A stretch of 63,633 nt of DNA, filler included, from Reticulomyxa filosa (taxonomy: Eukaryota > Protista > Foraminifera), in assembly GCA_000512085.1 (NCBI GenBank). It is 18 parts of 18 records of this genome, joined end to end, with 100 filler letters (N's around TTAATTAATTAA, not from the genome) between each part and the next. Parts side by side here need not be neighbours in the genome. Positions count along the whole stretch, not along the records: positions 9,666 to 21,242 come from ASPP01000202.1; positions 21,343 to 26,922 come from ASPP01024831.1; positions 27,023 to 28,941 come from ASPP01049329.1; 15 more parts are not named here. One strand, given 5' to 3'. The translations under genes were made by a program, and so were the position numbers. This document shows positions 14,978 through 27,033 of this stretch, piece after piece. The notes beneath the pieces are model-generated. The model saw only the letters and a list, made by a program, of their open reading frames with translations. It did not search any database and was not told the DNA's origin. Positions within the stretch are counted from its first letter, which is position 1. Each line of letters starts with the position of its first letter.

Positions 14978-15738
14978 TTAGGCATCAGTTTTTGTTTCCA
15001 CTTTGTCGGAATCATCAGACAGTATTTGTTTGATTTCGTCAGGAGATTTGCCTTTGATCAATGTGGCAATTTTGGCACAACCCAAGTGGAGTAGCGAAGG
15101 TACGTCCATATAGTTAGCACCTAGAATGACCTGGAAAATTACTTTTTTTGTCATGTTGTTGATGAAATCAGCGTCCCATTTATCTTCGACAATTTTCTCC
15201 ATTTTTACACTTCTGATTGGTTTTGCAATCTCTGCTGGGACTTTGCCATTGTGGTGTTTCAAGTATTCTACTATCAATGCCAATATATCCCCTTTTACTT
15301 TCTTGATTGGGATTTCTGTTGTTGATTGATCTGTCATTTAAAAAATAAAACACAACGTATACTTTTTCTTTATTTCGGCTTGAGTATGGTTCTTTTTAAC
15401 CAGTCAGATATAAAAAAAACACAAAATTCCCAGAAAATGCAAACAATATCTTTATTTGGTATGACCACTTTTTCCCCTTTGCTCCCTTTTTTTTTTGCCC
15501 AAAATAAAAAAACAAAAGGGGGTACAATCAAAATCAAGACAAATGAGCGATTGTGTCAATTACCTCCTTCCAAAATGCTTCTCACCAATTTGCACATTTC
15601 CGCCGCTTTTTTATTGATCACAAATTTTTGTGGATCTGTCTCTTCCATCGACACCAGTGTCAAGGTTTGTTCTTCGTCATCATCCAAACCGCCGGCTTCT
15701 TGTGTGTTGACTTCTTCATGTTTTTCTTCGGTTGCCAT
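14978..15738 (-). CDS. SKP1: Skp1-family protein (2 coding exons), C-terminally shortened
   Basis: LTLVSMEE...FVINKKAAEMCKLVRSILE, IPIKKVKGDILALIVEYLKHH, WDADFI, VILGANYMDVPSLLHLGCAKIATLIKGKSPDEIK. Confidence 0.9.
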
Positions 15739-16626
15739 TCTGAAGAATAAAAAACAAACAAAAGTCTTGCATAACTCGACGAAAGACTGGCTTGCCAAAA
15801 TCAATATTGAAGAGAAATTCTCAAAACACTTAGTTCTTTTCTTTCAAAACTAAACACCTCACAAACCTTCAAATGGAATTAATCGAATAGTACTTCTTGG
15901 ACGAAAGAGATTTTTCAAAAGAAAATTTTTTTGGTGTTTTTCTTTTGTTTTGTTCCCGCCAAAATTTCAGCGCCGGTAACACAAAAACGTCGTTTTTCTG
16001 TCAAGTATACGGTTTTTAGATCGAGATAAGACACTCAACGATCGTAGCCCATGAAAATACGTTAAAGGCTTACTATATCACACACAGCGCGAGTACTAGG
16101 GATTTATATATACTAGAAAAGCGTTAATCTTATAAATCACTTCAAGTATAGTACTAAAGGTAAATCTTATTATTTGAATCTATTTTATTGTTATCAGCAA
16201 AGGATCCTAATTAAATGCATTTTTGTTATGGCATTTTTTGCCGTTATATTACATTTAGCTGATGCGCTTAAACAAATTAAAATAATCTTTATGATGGGTA
16301 CTAAGTGATAAGGAAACAAGTTGGAGATTATTGTCATAGTAGTTGCTACCAGTTAACAATTTTCAAGCGCTGCAATTGAAGGCTTTTTTAACACGTTGTA
16401 CTACAAAGAACCACTTGCTTACTTCTTTGAAAAAGGGCTTTCAAATTATTTTTTTGAGAAAAAACTAGTGTGATTCTCTGTGATTGTCATTCGCTTGACG
16501 TTTTCTGAAGTTTAAGGTATTTGTATATTTGAAATAGGTTTTTTTACAAGTATTCAAAAAAACTATGGAAGCTAAAAAAATTGGGCTTTGTTACCAGGCA
16601 AAAAGAACAAACACAAAAACTAAAAT

Positions 16627-17265
16627 ATGTCCACGGAAAATGCTGAAGTTCCACAAGAGGAAGAAAAACAAAAACAAGAGAGCGAAGTGCAACAATCGAG
16701 TGGTACCAGTGCGGACACGACCAAGACTCGCACATTTTCTGATGTAACAAGTGCGTGGAAGGCAATCAGCGCAGACAATCCTCAAATCAATTGGTGTCTA
16801 TTTGGTGTTGACAAAAAAATTGAGTTGGAATTCAAAATTGCAGGACAAAATGGTTTTGAAGAATTAACGAAATATCTGAAAGGTAATTTAAACAAGAGTT
16901 TTTTTTAAGTTTCAGAAACTTATCAAAGATAACTGTCTTTTAAAAATAAAATAGGCTCTTCGTCAGAATTGTTGTTTGGCTTATTACGAGTAAACAGCAA
17001 TGATCGAGGCAATTCAAAACGTGCAAAATTTGTGTTTATTCGCTTTGTTGGTAGCAATGTGTCCGTGATGTTGAAAGGGAAATTGACCCCAAAACTGGGC
17101 AAAATTGGAGACGCATTTCCTGTAAAACATTTGACCTATGACTTGACAGAGGATTTGGTTGGATTCACTATTGACGCAATCGCTCGAGAAATGTTACGTG
17201 TTGGTGGGGCACACAAACCTGACTCCTTTGATTTCGGTCCAAATCAAACTTTCAACTGCCAATAA
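16627..17265 (+). CDS. Coactosin-like ADF-H domain actin-binding protein (2 coding exons)
   Basis: AWKAISADNPQINWCLF, LFGLLRV...DRGNSKRAKFVFIRFVGSNVS, EMLRVGGAHKPDSFDFG. Confidence 0.88.
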
Positions 17266-17649
17266 TTTTTTTTTTAGTATTTTGCCTGTTGTTTATAGTT
17301 TGCTTTGGTTGTTGAAAAGTTTTTGATCTTTTCTTGTAAAATTAAGCCATCCATTTTACGTGTTTTTCACCAACACGATTAGCATGGACTCATTGGGAAT
17401 AAGCAGATAATTATGTTTTGCAAAACACTGCGTCAGTAGCTACTTTTTGTTGGATGATCATAGACCTAATTGATGTTGCAAGGGTTGTTTTTTCAAAGGT
17501 GAAAACATCGTCCTAAAATTTAATCAATTGCTTCGCAGCCAATGTTCCTTAGAGTGAAAAAAGAAACTATGCTATATCTTAAGGGCTGTGACCAACACAC
17601 GTACTGGGGGAAGATCAACAGTATTTTTTTATAACTGACAGCCATTATC

Positions 17650-18416
17650 ATGTCCAAAAAACGAGTGGTTCAAGTGAAGATGGTCAACTGGTGCAAAATT
17701 TTTGTGCCAACAAGAGAGGTACGTTTTTTTTGTTTCTATTTGACTTCTCAGGTTGTCGAGTTGTTTGTCTTGGGCACGATTTTTGTTGAAATTTCTTCTG
17801 GATGGAACAAGGCAAAAATTTCACCAGAACTGGCCCGTCCTTTGGGTAAATTACAAGTCAATACAGCTGAGTTCTGCAAACAATTTAATACAAGAACGGA
17901 GACGGATGGGTGGAAAAAAGGAATTATGGTTCCTGTTCGTATTTACACTTATTCAGATCGAACTTATAAATTTGACATTCGATATCCTCAGGTGCGGGAT
18001 ATACTTTGGACACACAAATTCAAAAGAGACAGTAAAGATCCAAAGTATAAAGGACGAGAGGCCAAACCAACTGGTGAGTTAAAAAATTTTTGAGTCGATA
18101 TTTGTTTTGTCAATGTGAAAAAATTAATGCATTGTCCAGGCTACGTGGATGTAAGAGAAATATACGAAATGGCCAAAATGAAGATAAATGAATCTGACAA
18201 GCAAACTGAGACATTAAGTCATTGGCACGTAAAATTGCTATCAATTGTGAGAGGTTCAATGTTAAGGTTGTGCAGTTTGGAGGAAAACAACCAAAACCCA
18301 AGATAAATCGGATGTTTGAGCCAGCTTACAACATGTGGACGTTGTATCCCGAAAATGAAGTATTTTGGAAAAACGATGATGAATCTTACAAATGGCAAAG
18401 ACCTTACAATTTTTAA
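17650..18416 (+). CDS. MRPL11: Mitochondrial ribosomal protein L11 (uL11m), spliced, with 1-nt frameshift at ~18216
   Basis: KAKISPELARPLGKLQVNTAEFCKQFNTRT, GIMVPVRIYTYSDRTYKFDIRYP, GYVDVREIYEMAKMK, then SLARKIAINCERFNVKVV in the shifted frame. Confidence 0.85.
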
Positions 18417-19129
18417 TTTTTCACTCATATTCTATCATTAACACAAAGTATACAACCCAATCTGGTTTCAAAAGAAACAGATTACTCAAATTTTCATTTG
18501 GCTTACTGCAGTTTTGTCTAACCCTTCTTTTATCAATTTTAGATAAAATTGTATTTCAATGCCTTTTCGGATAAATCACATTTTACTTGACAAATGCAAT
18601 TATTTTGAAAACTCCAATTAGGAGTATCACAATTGATACAATACAAATTTGTAGATTTTTATATATAACAAATCTACAATTATTCAAATTTACAAATTGT
18701 GAATTCTTGCTCAAAATAAATAGCAAAATTTATAATATCAAATGTTTTTGCACAATGTGACAATTTTTCCAGAAAATTCAATTAATATTTAATGGATATA
18801 TTTTAAATTATGAATATGTAATCTTAGCTAAAAACAAAAAAGTATAACTATATTTTTAACCATTGGAGAAAATAAATTTAAAACGGGTTATTTGATTCCT
18901 TTATATTTTACTTGTTAAGCGCGTCGTATTTTTAAATGTAATTAAACGACGCAGTTTTTGCAATGTCGACATTTGCTCTCTTTTTTAGATGAAACAAAAA
19001 GGAACGTTGGCAGCAACATGAAAAAGTCCATTTGTGCTTGCGAATGCTGTTCGTCAACTTAGGTGTAACATTGAAATGACTTAAAAAACCCCTAAGAACA
19101 AGACGAACTAAAACGAAAATAAACTTATG

Positions 19130-20051
19130 TTAAGTGCATGTGCATTTTTTTTTTGAAGTGGCAAGCTCCAACTTAGCAGGGATGGCTTTGATTATGTTTG
19201 TTTTTTCTTTGGACTGCTTGTTGATTTCTTCCTAGATAAGTCACAAAACAAGTACTAATTGTCGAATAGAGTACATTCGTTTACAAAGATAAAATTTAAA
19301 CTTTGATTTGATTTTTTATGAGAATGTCTCTGGCCAAGTTGACAAACATTTCCTTGACATTGATATCGTCTTTGGCACTTGTCTCATAAAATCGAATACC
19401 ATATTCATCCGCTATTTTTTTTCCATTTTCTTTTGATACCACCTACATTGCTCACGCAAACAAACAAACAATAAGTCCAAAATAAGTGAATTTTTTCCTT
19501 CTCTCCAAAACTCGTTGGTCAATCATGTCACATTTATTTCCGACCAAAGCAATGGAAACATTATCACTTGCATGTTCGTGAATCGTTTCCACCCAATTTC
19601 GAACATTAGAAAATGACGGTTCTGATGTAATGTCATACATCAAGACAATTCCCATTGCCCCTCGATAATAAGTTGTCGTTATCGCGCGGAATCGATCTTG
19701 TCCTGCTGTGTCCCATATTTGTAATTTCACTGTTTTGCCATCAACGTCTATTGTCTTCATTTTAAAATCTATCCTTTTGTGTGTTTGATTCATTACAACG
19801 ATCGAAAAAAACATGCGATTAGACCTCACAACAAAACTTCCCCCCAAAATTTTTTTTTGAATAGACAACTCGCCCACCCAATAGTCGAAATAAAGCTTGT
19901 TCGAAATGTTTGTTCCACAAATCTTAAAAGCAGGCATGTCTTACCGACGCCTGTTAGTTGTTTATTATGCAATCGACTTCCTGTCAGAAAAAAAAGAAGT
20001 ACCTGAGTCTCCAACTAAAAGTAATTTAACAAGATGGTCAAAACTGGACAT
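19130..20051 (-). CDS. Rab GTPase, Rab8/RabE-like (5 exons)
   Basis: [59 protein letters not shown], and C-terminal KKCTCT prenylation motif. Confidence 0.93.
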
Positions 20052-20384
20052 GAAAGACCTAGTTTATTTTCAAAGGCTCATATGAACCCTTTGCACTATA
20101 CAAAAAAGTACAATTGAATTTGTAAAAAAGTAGTCACTTAAGAAATCTTTTGTAATTGTGTTAAAAAAAATCTTTGTAAAAGCAAAAAAAGTGAAATCTT
20201 GAGATATATCTTAGAAAATTTTCCAAAGAGCTTGTTCTTTTATTCTGTCAGCAACAAGTTTTACCCTGAATAATTTCAAAAGCATTGAGATATACAACAA
20301 GAAACAATATTATTTAATGACCGATTGAATACACCTGAGAGGAATACAGTTCACTCAAGTTTTGTAGTGCAGATTTTTGACATA

Positions 20385-21242
20385 ATGTCAAGCTCTTTCT
20401 CAACAGATTGTTTATCATCATTGTTTCTGATATCAAATGAACTTGATCAATTTGAGACAATAGAAAAGTTTATCAACTTTTTTAGTTTGCTTGCCTCTCC
20501 ACAAACAGGAATTTTTGGGTTGAAATGTTTGCATCGGTTATTGTTTGGAGCATTTTATTCCTCAATGCCTTCGACAACAGATGTGCAATGGAAAAAAATT
20601 TATGAAATTGCCAGGAGGATAAACCAGAACAAAGTTGAGGAAAACACGAAAACGGGGAATTGGATGATACTATTGGCATTGCCAGAGGATGTGGCGGTGT
20701 ATTGTTGTCATTTTTTGGATGACCAATCGATCCACAGCCTGCAGCATGTTTCGAAACAATTTCTACTGGCGTCACGACATTGGAATCGTAAAATAACGGA
20801 CAATAAAAGAGCATTTGTGATCAGCCGACGTCTGATAAAGCAGCCGTCGTATTTCAAGGCATACCATTTAGCACCGTTCAGTAATCGAAAGAGTCTGTCG
20901 ATTGAAGTGTTGAAAAATCAAACGCGAGAACCGGACATCAAAGATTGGTACGCAATCAGAAAGGAGATGGACGTGATGAGATACATTTGGCAGGCGATCA
21001 GCTCGTTCAAAGCATTGGAGCGTTTGGAAGTGACAGCAAAGGTGCACAGCATATTCGACACAGAGAAGATATCAGCACAAATCAAATCGATGTCCTTTTC
21101 ACATTTGGTGGAAGTGACACTGCGAAATACGTCATTAAACGCATGGCAATCTTTTCTGTTGAGACATGCAAATCAACTTCAAAAATTTACTTGTGTGGAA
21201 GTTGCTATATGTTGTCAAGGTGCTTATGTGTGCGCTGTGTGT
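20385..21242 (+). CDS. F-box-like / LRR-like protein (truncated at contig end)
   Basis: LLALPEDVAVYCCHFLDDQSIHSLQHVSKQF matches the F-box consensus. Downstream LRR-like segments: FKALERLEV, FSHLVEVTL, LQKFTC. Confidence 0.6.
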
Positions 21243-21342
21243 NNNNNNNNNNNNNNNNNNNNNNNNNNNNNNNNNNNNNNNNNNNNTTAATTAATTAANN
21301 NNNNNNNNNNNNNNNNNNNNNNNNNNNNNNNNNNNNNNNNNN

Positions 21343-21618
21343 AAAAAAAATTGTTCTTTCGTAACTTCTTTTTTCCTCACTCAACTTTCGTCCAATCAAT
21401 CGTTTTGCATCAAATACAGTATTTTCTGAATTTCTTGCATATCCATATCTGGCTGCTGTTCCCACCAATCTTTCTGTATCACTGAAAGATACGCAAGAAG
21501 GGGTTGTTCGCTCTCCCATATTATTTGGGATAATTTCCACAGTGTTGTTTTTCCATGTACCAACACATGAGTACGTCATACCCAAGTCAATACCAATTGA
21601 GGCAATTTTATTCGTCAT
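21343..21618 (-). CDS. Hsp70 N-terminal fragment (divergent; contig end)
   Basis: [13 protein letters not shown]...[27 protein letters not shown]...[13 protein letters not shown]. Confidence 0.85.
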
Positions 21619-22513
21619 AATCGAGTAAATATCAATTAGTTGCCAAGAAGAGTTCTTAAACAAAATATCTGTTATTATCTATTTAAAATATTTATTTAAA
21701 TCCAAAGTATTTTTGGGTTCCCACACTTGTTGATATCATTTGTAATAAAATCGCAAACGTTTGTACAGTTAATTGTACGATTATCAGCATTACCAGTTTA
21801 ATTAAAACCGTTAGGAAAGGATTGGAATTAATAACCAATGTTTACAAACAATATCCAAAAGAAACTGCTTTTTTATTTTCTCGAATTTGTGTTGTGAGAT
21901 TCGCATTGCTGTTCTGAATATGGACAAGAGGATCTGCATAAACATAACGTAAGAAGTTGAAAAAGTACGTTTTCTCTTTCAAACTGGTACAAGAAAGAGA
22001 AAGAGATACACAAATGAGATGCAGTGTATATACGATTAAAAAAAGAGCGCTTAAAGAACAATTAAATTTCCTCCAAGTTTTGTCAAAATGGAATGCTTGT
22101 ACACTGGTTACCTTTGGACGAAACTGCAAGTCGGTAACCCGCAAAAAAGCCTGCTCTGTCAACTCTTTTTTTACTTTGATAACTGCCACTGTCAGTGAGT
22201 TAGTAATTGTCATTTGTCTTGATCTTTCATTATTGAGTCACATTGGCGTGCCAAAATGTTCAGTATAGCGCACAAATACTCAAACCAATTCGGATATAAT
22301 TGACTCTCATCCTTGTCTTCACTCGTCTTCTCCTCTTCTTCACTTTTGTCTTGCTTGTCTGAAGAAATACTTCGTTCCTAAACAATACATTACTTTGATT
22401 GCTGGAGCCTATGTAGGAAGTTGATTTCCAGGTCCCTTTCTTCAACACATGGTTTATGGTCTCCTCAAGATCAAAGTCGGTTTTATCTGTAGTTGGTTGA
22501 GTCATGTCAATCT

Positions 22514-23210
22514 TTAGGAAAAGGACCTTTTTATAGAGAGAAAAATTCTTGCGTGGAAAAAAACCTCTTCGGCAACAGGATAGCATTCAGCATCGGGTAT
22601 GCAAATCAACAGCAATTGTTCATTGGTGTGCTCACCCACTATGTTTGTGTGTATGTACGTATATACGTATGTGCGTGTGACCATAGCATGCGCATGCATG
22701 TCCATATCCATGCTCAAACATGCATTAAAGAAAAAAAGAATGCAATGAAACGTAACGCAATTGGTGGTAATTCCACTTCAACTTGTTGATACAATATTTG
22801 GCCCACAAAGTCATATTTTGGATTTGTCGCAGTCTGAACGTAGAGAAGCGATCCTGAATTTGTATATTTGCCCGGGCTATCAGCGAATGACAAGGCTCAC
22901 GTATCTTATAAAGGTATCCTACGTTATTCGAGGGATCAGCCCACCAACTTGGTAATGATGGAGTGGCCAAATCTTTTTCATATTATTATTATTGATGCAA
23001 TATTCTTGTGATATAGAAAGCACATACGTAGAAAAAAAAAACCTTGGTTAACGGGACAGAGGAGACTGTTTGAGCCGGACAGAACAGTCAAGACGAAGAG
23101 GCACATACTCAAACTTACCTTGGCCATAAACATTAATAATTCCCTCAAAAATAGCATAAAGAAAAGTGAATGCTAGCACTCTGGCAAGAAAACTGTCAGA
23201 ATGCCTCATG
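22514..23210 (-). CDS. Small hypothetical secreted/membrane protein, spliced; 3' end uncertain
   Basis: MRHSDSFLARVLAFTFLYAIFEGIINVYGQ (hydrophobic leader) joins via a CAAG|GTAAGT donor, in phase, to DLATPSLPSWWADPSNNVGYLYKIREPC... Confidence 0.45.
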
Positions 23211-23519
23211 AAAAAATTTCGACACTATACGGTAATGATTTTATCTTGAGACACAAAAAAAAGTACTGTAACCGAGATTGCAAAAGACATATTGTGCCGC
23301 ATGGAGAAGGCTCTATCCGTATTCTCTTACTTAAGAAATTTGATAATACTATTTTGTGTAAATTATTGCTAAAATTTTCATTTTTCTCCAAGAAAAGCGC
23401 TTATTAAATTGAAAGTACCAAATAAAAGCTTTTGATAGAGTTATAAAATATTCAACAACGTCTGTTTTGTTTTTGTCTGCAGCAAAAAAAAAAATTTTAA
23501 AATTAATATACGTAAAAAG

Positions 23520-25136
23520 ATGAACTTCAATCCATTCCTTATTCAACAATTACTTAGACAACAAGCAAACAGTTAATCCTTGTACCGAAAAACACGTTCT
23601 TTATTTGTTATAGCCAAAATGGAAATAAACTTCGGAAGGTGTACTGTTATCGTTCAAAGCCGGGAAATTAAATTTTGATGAAGCCTCCCACATGATTACA
23701 GCCGATCCAACACCAGGACTAGTCCAAGTAATCCGAGTTTAGCGTGTATGTTAGCAAAATCCTCTATGTTCCGCCCCTAACATAAAATAACTGTTTTGTA
23801 TTTTGCACGTATGCGAAAAACGGCCAAAGGCGATTGACGAAACTATTCATTTCCAATGGATCAGCCGAATGTCAAACGCAATGGAAATAGATATTCTTTT
23901 GTTTCCAGACACTGGTATTTTTGAAAAAGTTCATGAATGTACGGACGGACGAGTTTTTGTTTTGCGGTAATTACGTTTATTTTTTATAGTGTTCATTTTT
24001 TTTTTTTTTTTTTTTTTAAGAATACCCTTTTGCAAAAATAATAAAAAAAAAGAATGTTGGAAAACAATCGAAAAACTTTTATTTGGATGCAAGAACCACT
24101 TGACAACAACGACTTGATACACTACCACAATATCAATCGCCTATGTCGTGGTGAGAACCAGTTAATTGACATAAGCATTGAAAAGGAAAAAGATGCAAGT
24201 AGTATTCGTAGTGCTTATGGTGACTTCAACGCTCCGTATCAAGCTCAAAGCACGTCCACAAAATCAGAAACGCCGGGGACAAAGACAAACACAGAAAATA
24301 CTCCAACGACCGATAATAAAATTCCAATCGAAAGTGCAACAGAAAAAATAACTACGACAGCGAGCGATGAGAGCGGTCAAAAGGACACAAGTGTTGTCGA
24401 AAAGGGAGCAATAAAAAGAGAGAGCAGCATTTCTGCCGTAGCGGTGTTGGGACGGTTATTTGACAATGTCGATCGAGAAGTCATTGAAACGACACTGGAA
24501 CAATTTGATGGGAATGCAGACAAGGCCATTGAGGCATTGATCAACTTGGACCATGATGAACAAGAGAATGATGCTTCGTTATTGGAAAATTCGGAGCATA
24601 TTCCAGTCAATGATAATCCAAGTCCGAGTCCATTACCTCCTGGTTCTCGGTCCAGAAAAAGTATTGTGATTGTGGAAAACGATGAGTTTTGATCTTTTTT
24701 TTTTTTTTTTCATTAATTCCTTAATGATAATTGATACACAATTAGAAACTTGGACCTCCATACAAAATTACTTTGCCTTGTATTATCATTTTAAAACAGA
24801 AAAGAGGAAAACAAGAAAGCAGAAACTGCTCTCGACGTACATCACACCAGACGTACTTCAGTTACTACTTCTGTCCCAACACGGCGCGTGTCGGTCTCCA
24901 ACAAAGAACATGAAAATCGAAAATCGACACTGAGGGTGTTACATCGCATGTTTGAACAATTTGACAAAGAGGTCATGGAAAGCTTGTTTGAATACAAGCA
25001 TGGAAATACTGACAAAGCGATTGAGTACTTAATTGAATTTCGAGAAATAGCTACTAGCAAGAGACGGGAAAGCAAAAGTCGAAACAAAAGATTCAGTACA
25101 GATGAATCCAATGCTAATAGTAACTCAAAACGGTGA
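23520..25136 (+). CDS. Rpn13/ADRM1 Pru-domain protein with two C-terminal CUE-like domains (5 exons)
   Basis: Pru domain: LLSFKAGKLNFDEASHMITADPTPGLVQV / IHFQWISR...EIDILLFPDTGIFEKVHECTDGRVFVLR / RKTFIWMQEP. CUE-like units: LGRLFDNVDREVIETTLEQFDGNADKAIEALINL and LHRMFEQFDKEVMESLFEYKHGNTDKAIEYLIEF. Confidence 0.85.
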
Positions 25137-25673
25137 AGAATTCTATTGATTTTTACTTGTTATGTATAATCTTGATTTTCTGTGTATATGTGACTGTTTT
25201 GTTGTGTCACTTTTTTTTTTTTGTATCTTTCTGTTTTTTCAATTTTTGTTCTCTTTCATTGTTTTTTTCTCCATACAATCAAATCATTTTTTCTTTCGTG
25301 GTGATTGTTTGGAAATTAGATGTATTTTGTTGACTATCTAACTCTGTTTTTTGGTTGGCTACAAACAATTCTGTTTAAGTAGTAATTCGGATTAAGGCAG
25401 TTGTCCAAACGTTTTTATTGCTTTTGACATTCAACAGAAGCAAAAAGTTTTGTAATCGGAAGTGTAATACGAAAAGTAATTTATCTTGAACTAAAATTTC
25501 AACAAAAGAAATAATAATAAACTGTTCAATATCGATACGCAATCCTTTACGACTGTTAAACTGACAAGTAAAGGACACAAAAAGCCTGTTTCGCGTTTTT
25601 GAAAATAATTTGTGAACGTTGTGGATATATTGAACGGTGTTTGTCATACTTCGCCGGGCTGGATATAGATACA

Positions 25674-26674
25674 ATGTCTAATGTTTCAATTGTGGAAGAC
25701 CAGGCTAAAGGCTTGACACAAACGGGAGTGAATATCTCAGCTTTAGTTGACCAAGAGCAAGAGAATACTAGTGAAACTGTGAAGCTCGAAGACTGGCTCT
25801 ATGAAAAGATTCAATCAGTAAAGCATACTTTGGCAGTTGGCTGGACAACAAAATGTAATGAAAATGTATCGAAATGGTTGAGAGCGGTTGCAGTATTATT
25901 TGTATGCTCGGCGTGTCTCGGTGCCTCATTGGTTCTTAATGCAATCCCGATTGGTTTTACAGTTGAGTGGACTCTGAGTGTTGTCCACTGTTTCAAAAAA
26001 AAAAAAAAAAAAAAAGAAGAAAGAAGAAATATTATTAACAAGTGATAAAATTGATTGTGTAGATTGGGATATTGTTGATAATAATTGGTGTATGTGGTGC
26101 AAGTGTGATGGTGTTAAAGACAGTATATACGATGATAATAAAATTTAGTAGTGAAAAAGGTATTGTTACATTATTTCCAAACGAGATGATCAAGCAAATA
26201 TTTTTGAAAAAGTTATAAGAAGTGAACTAGATTGAAGCAAAATAAACACATATACACATATATATATATGTATATATTTGAGAGTGTTTTTTTTAAAAAA
26301 AAATAAAAATTAAAACCAAGACTTGTAAATAAATGAACAAATTAAAAAAAAAGATCGGTGTTGGACATCTTTCACCATTTGCGACATTCGAACCTTGGCA
26401 TTGTAGACCTGTTGTTGTCACAACTACTGCCTTTGACGAATTATGAGAGACAGATGATAATAAGCCGCTTACCAGATATCACCAAACGTGTGGTGACGAC
26501 CCGAGGATTGATTTATTTGACACCGCAATTCATTCAAAATCTATTGCTACCAACTAATTTGCGATTGAAACCCCCTCAAAAAGACCAAGCGACAAAACAT
26601 AAAAGATCCTTGACATTCCCATCTCTACAACAACCTCAAGATCAATATCAATCTTTTATTTCGTCATCGTCATT

Positions 26675-26716
<42 letters not shown>

Positions 26717-26922
26717 ATTATCATCCTCTCTATCTTCGTCTTCACCCCCGTTTGTCACCTCGTCATCCTCAATGCCAGCCTATGCATACCGTCTCGGATC
26801 TTCATGGAACGGAGTGAACGCCACGATGGAATATTCCAACGCATCCAAAACGATCGACAGCTCCGAACGTGCTGAAGACGAGCATGAAGCAGTTCACGAC
26901 GACCACTGGCAAAGGAATGAAG
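25674..26922 (+). CDS. Hypothetical membrane protein with Ser-rich tract (truncated at contig end)
   Basis: Spliced ORFs with hydrophobic segments (AVAVLFVCSACLGASLVLNAI; IVDIIGVCGASVMVL) and a long open exon at 26358-26922. Confidence 0.55.
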
Positions 26923-27033
26923 NNNNNNNNNNNNNNNNNNNNNNNNNNNNNNNNNNNNNNNNNNNNTTAATTAATTAANNNNNNNNNNNNNNNNNNNNNN
27001 NNNNNNNNNNNNNNNNNNNNNNAATAATTAATT

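Noticed and set aside
23614-23640. AAA TAA in frame just before the Pru domain (Euplotes-like frameshift motif)
   Set aside because: A downstream acceptor (GGAAG|GTGTA) gives an in-phase splice that skips it.
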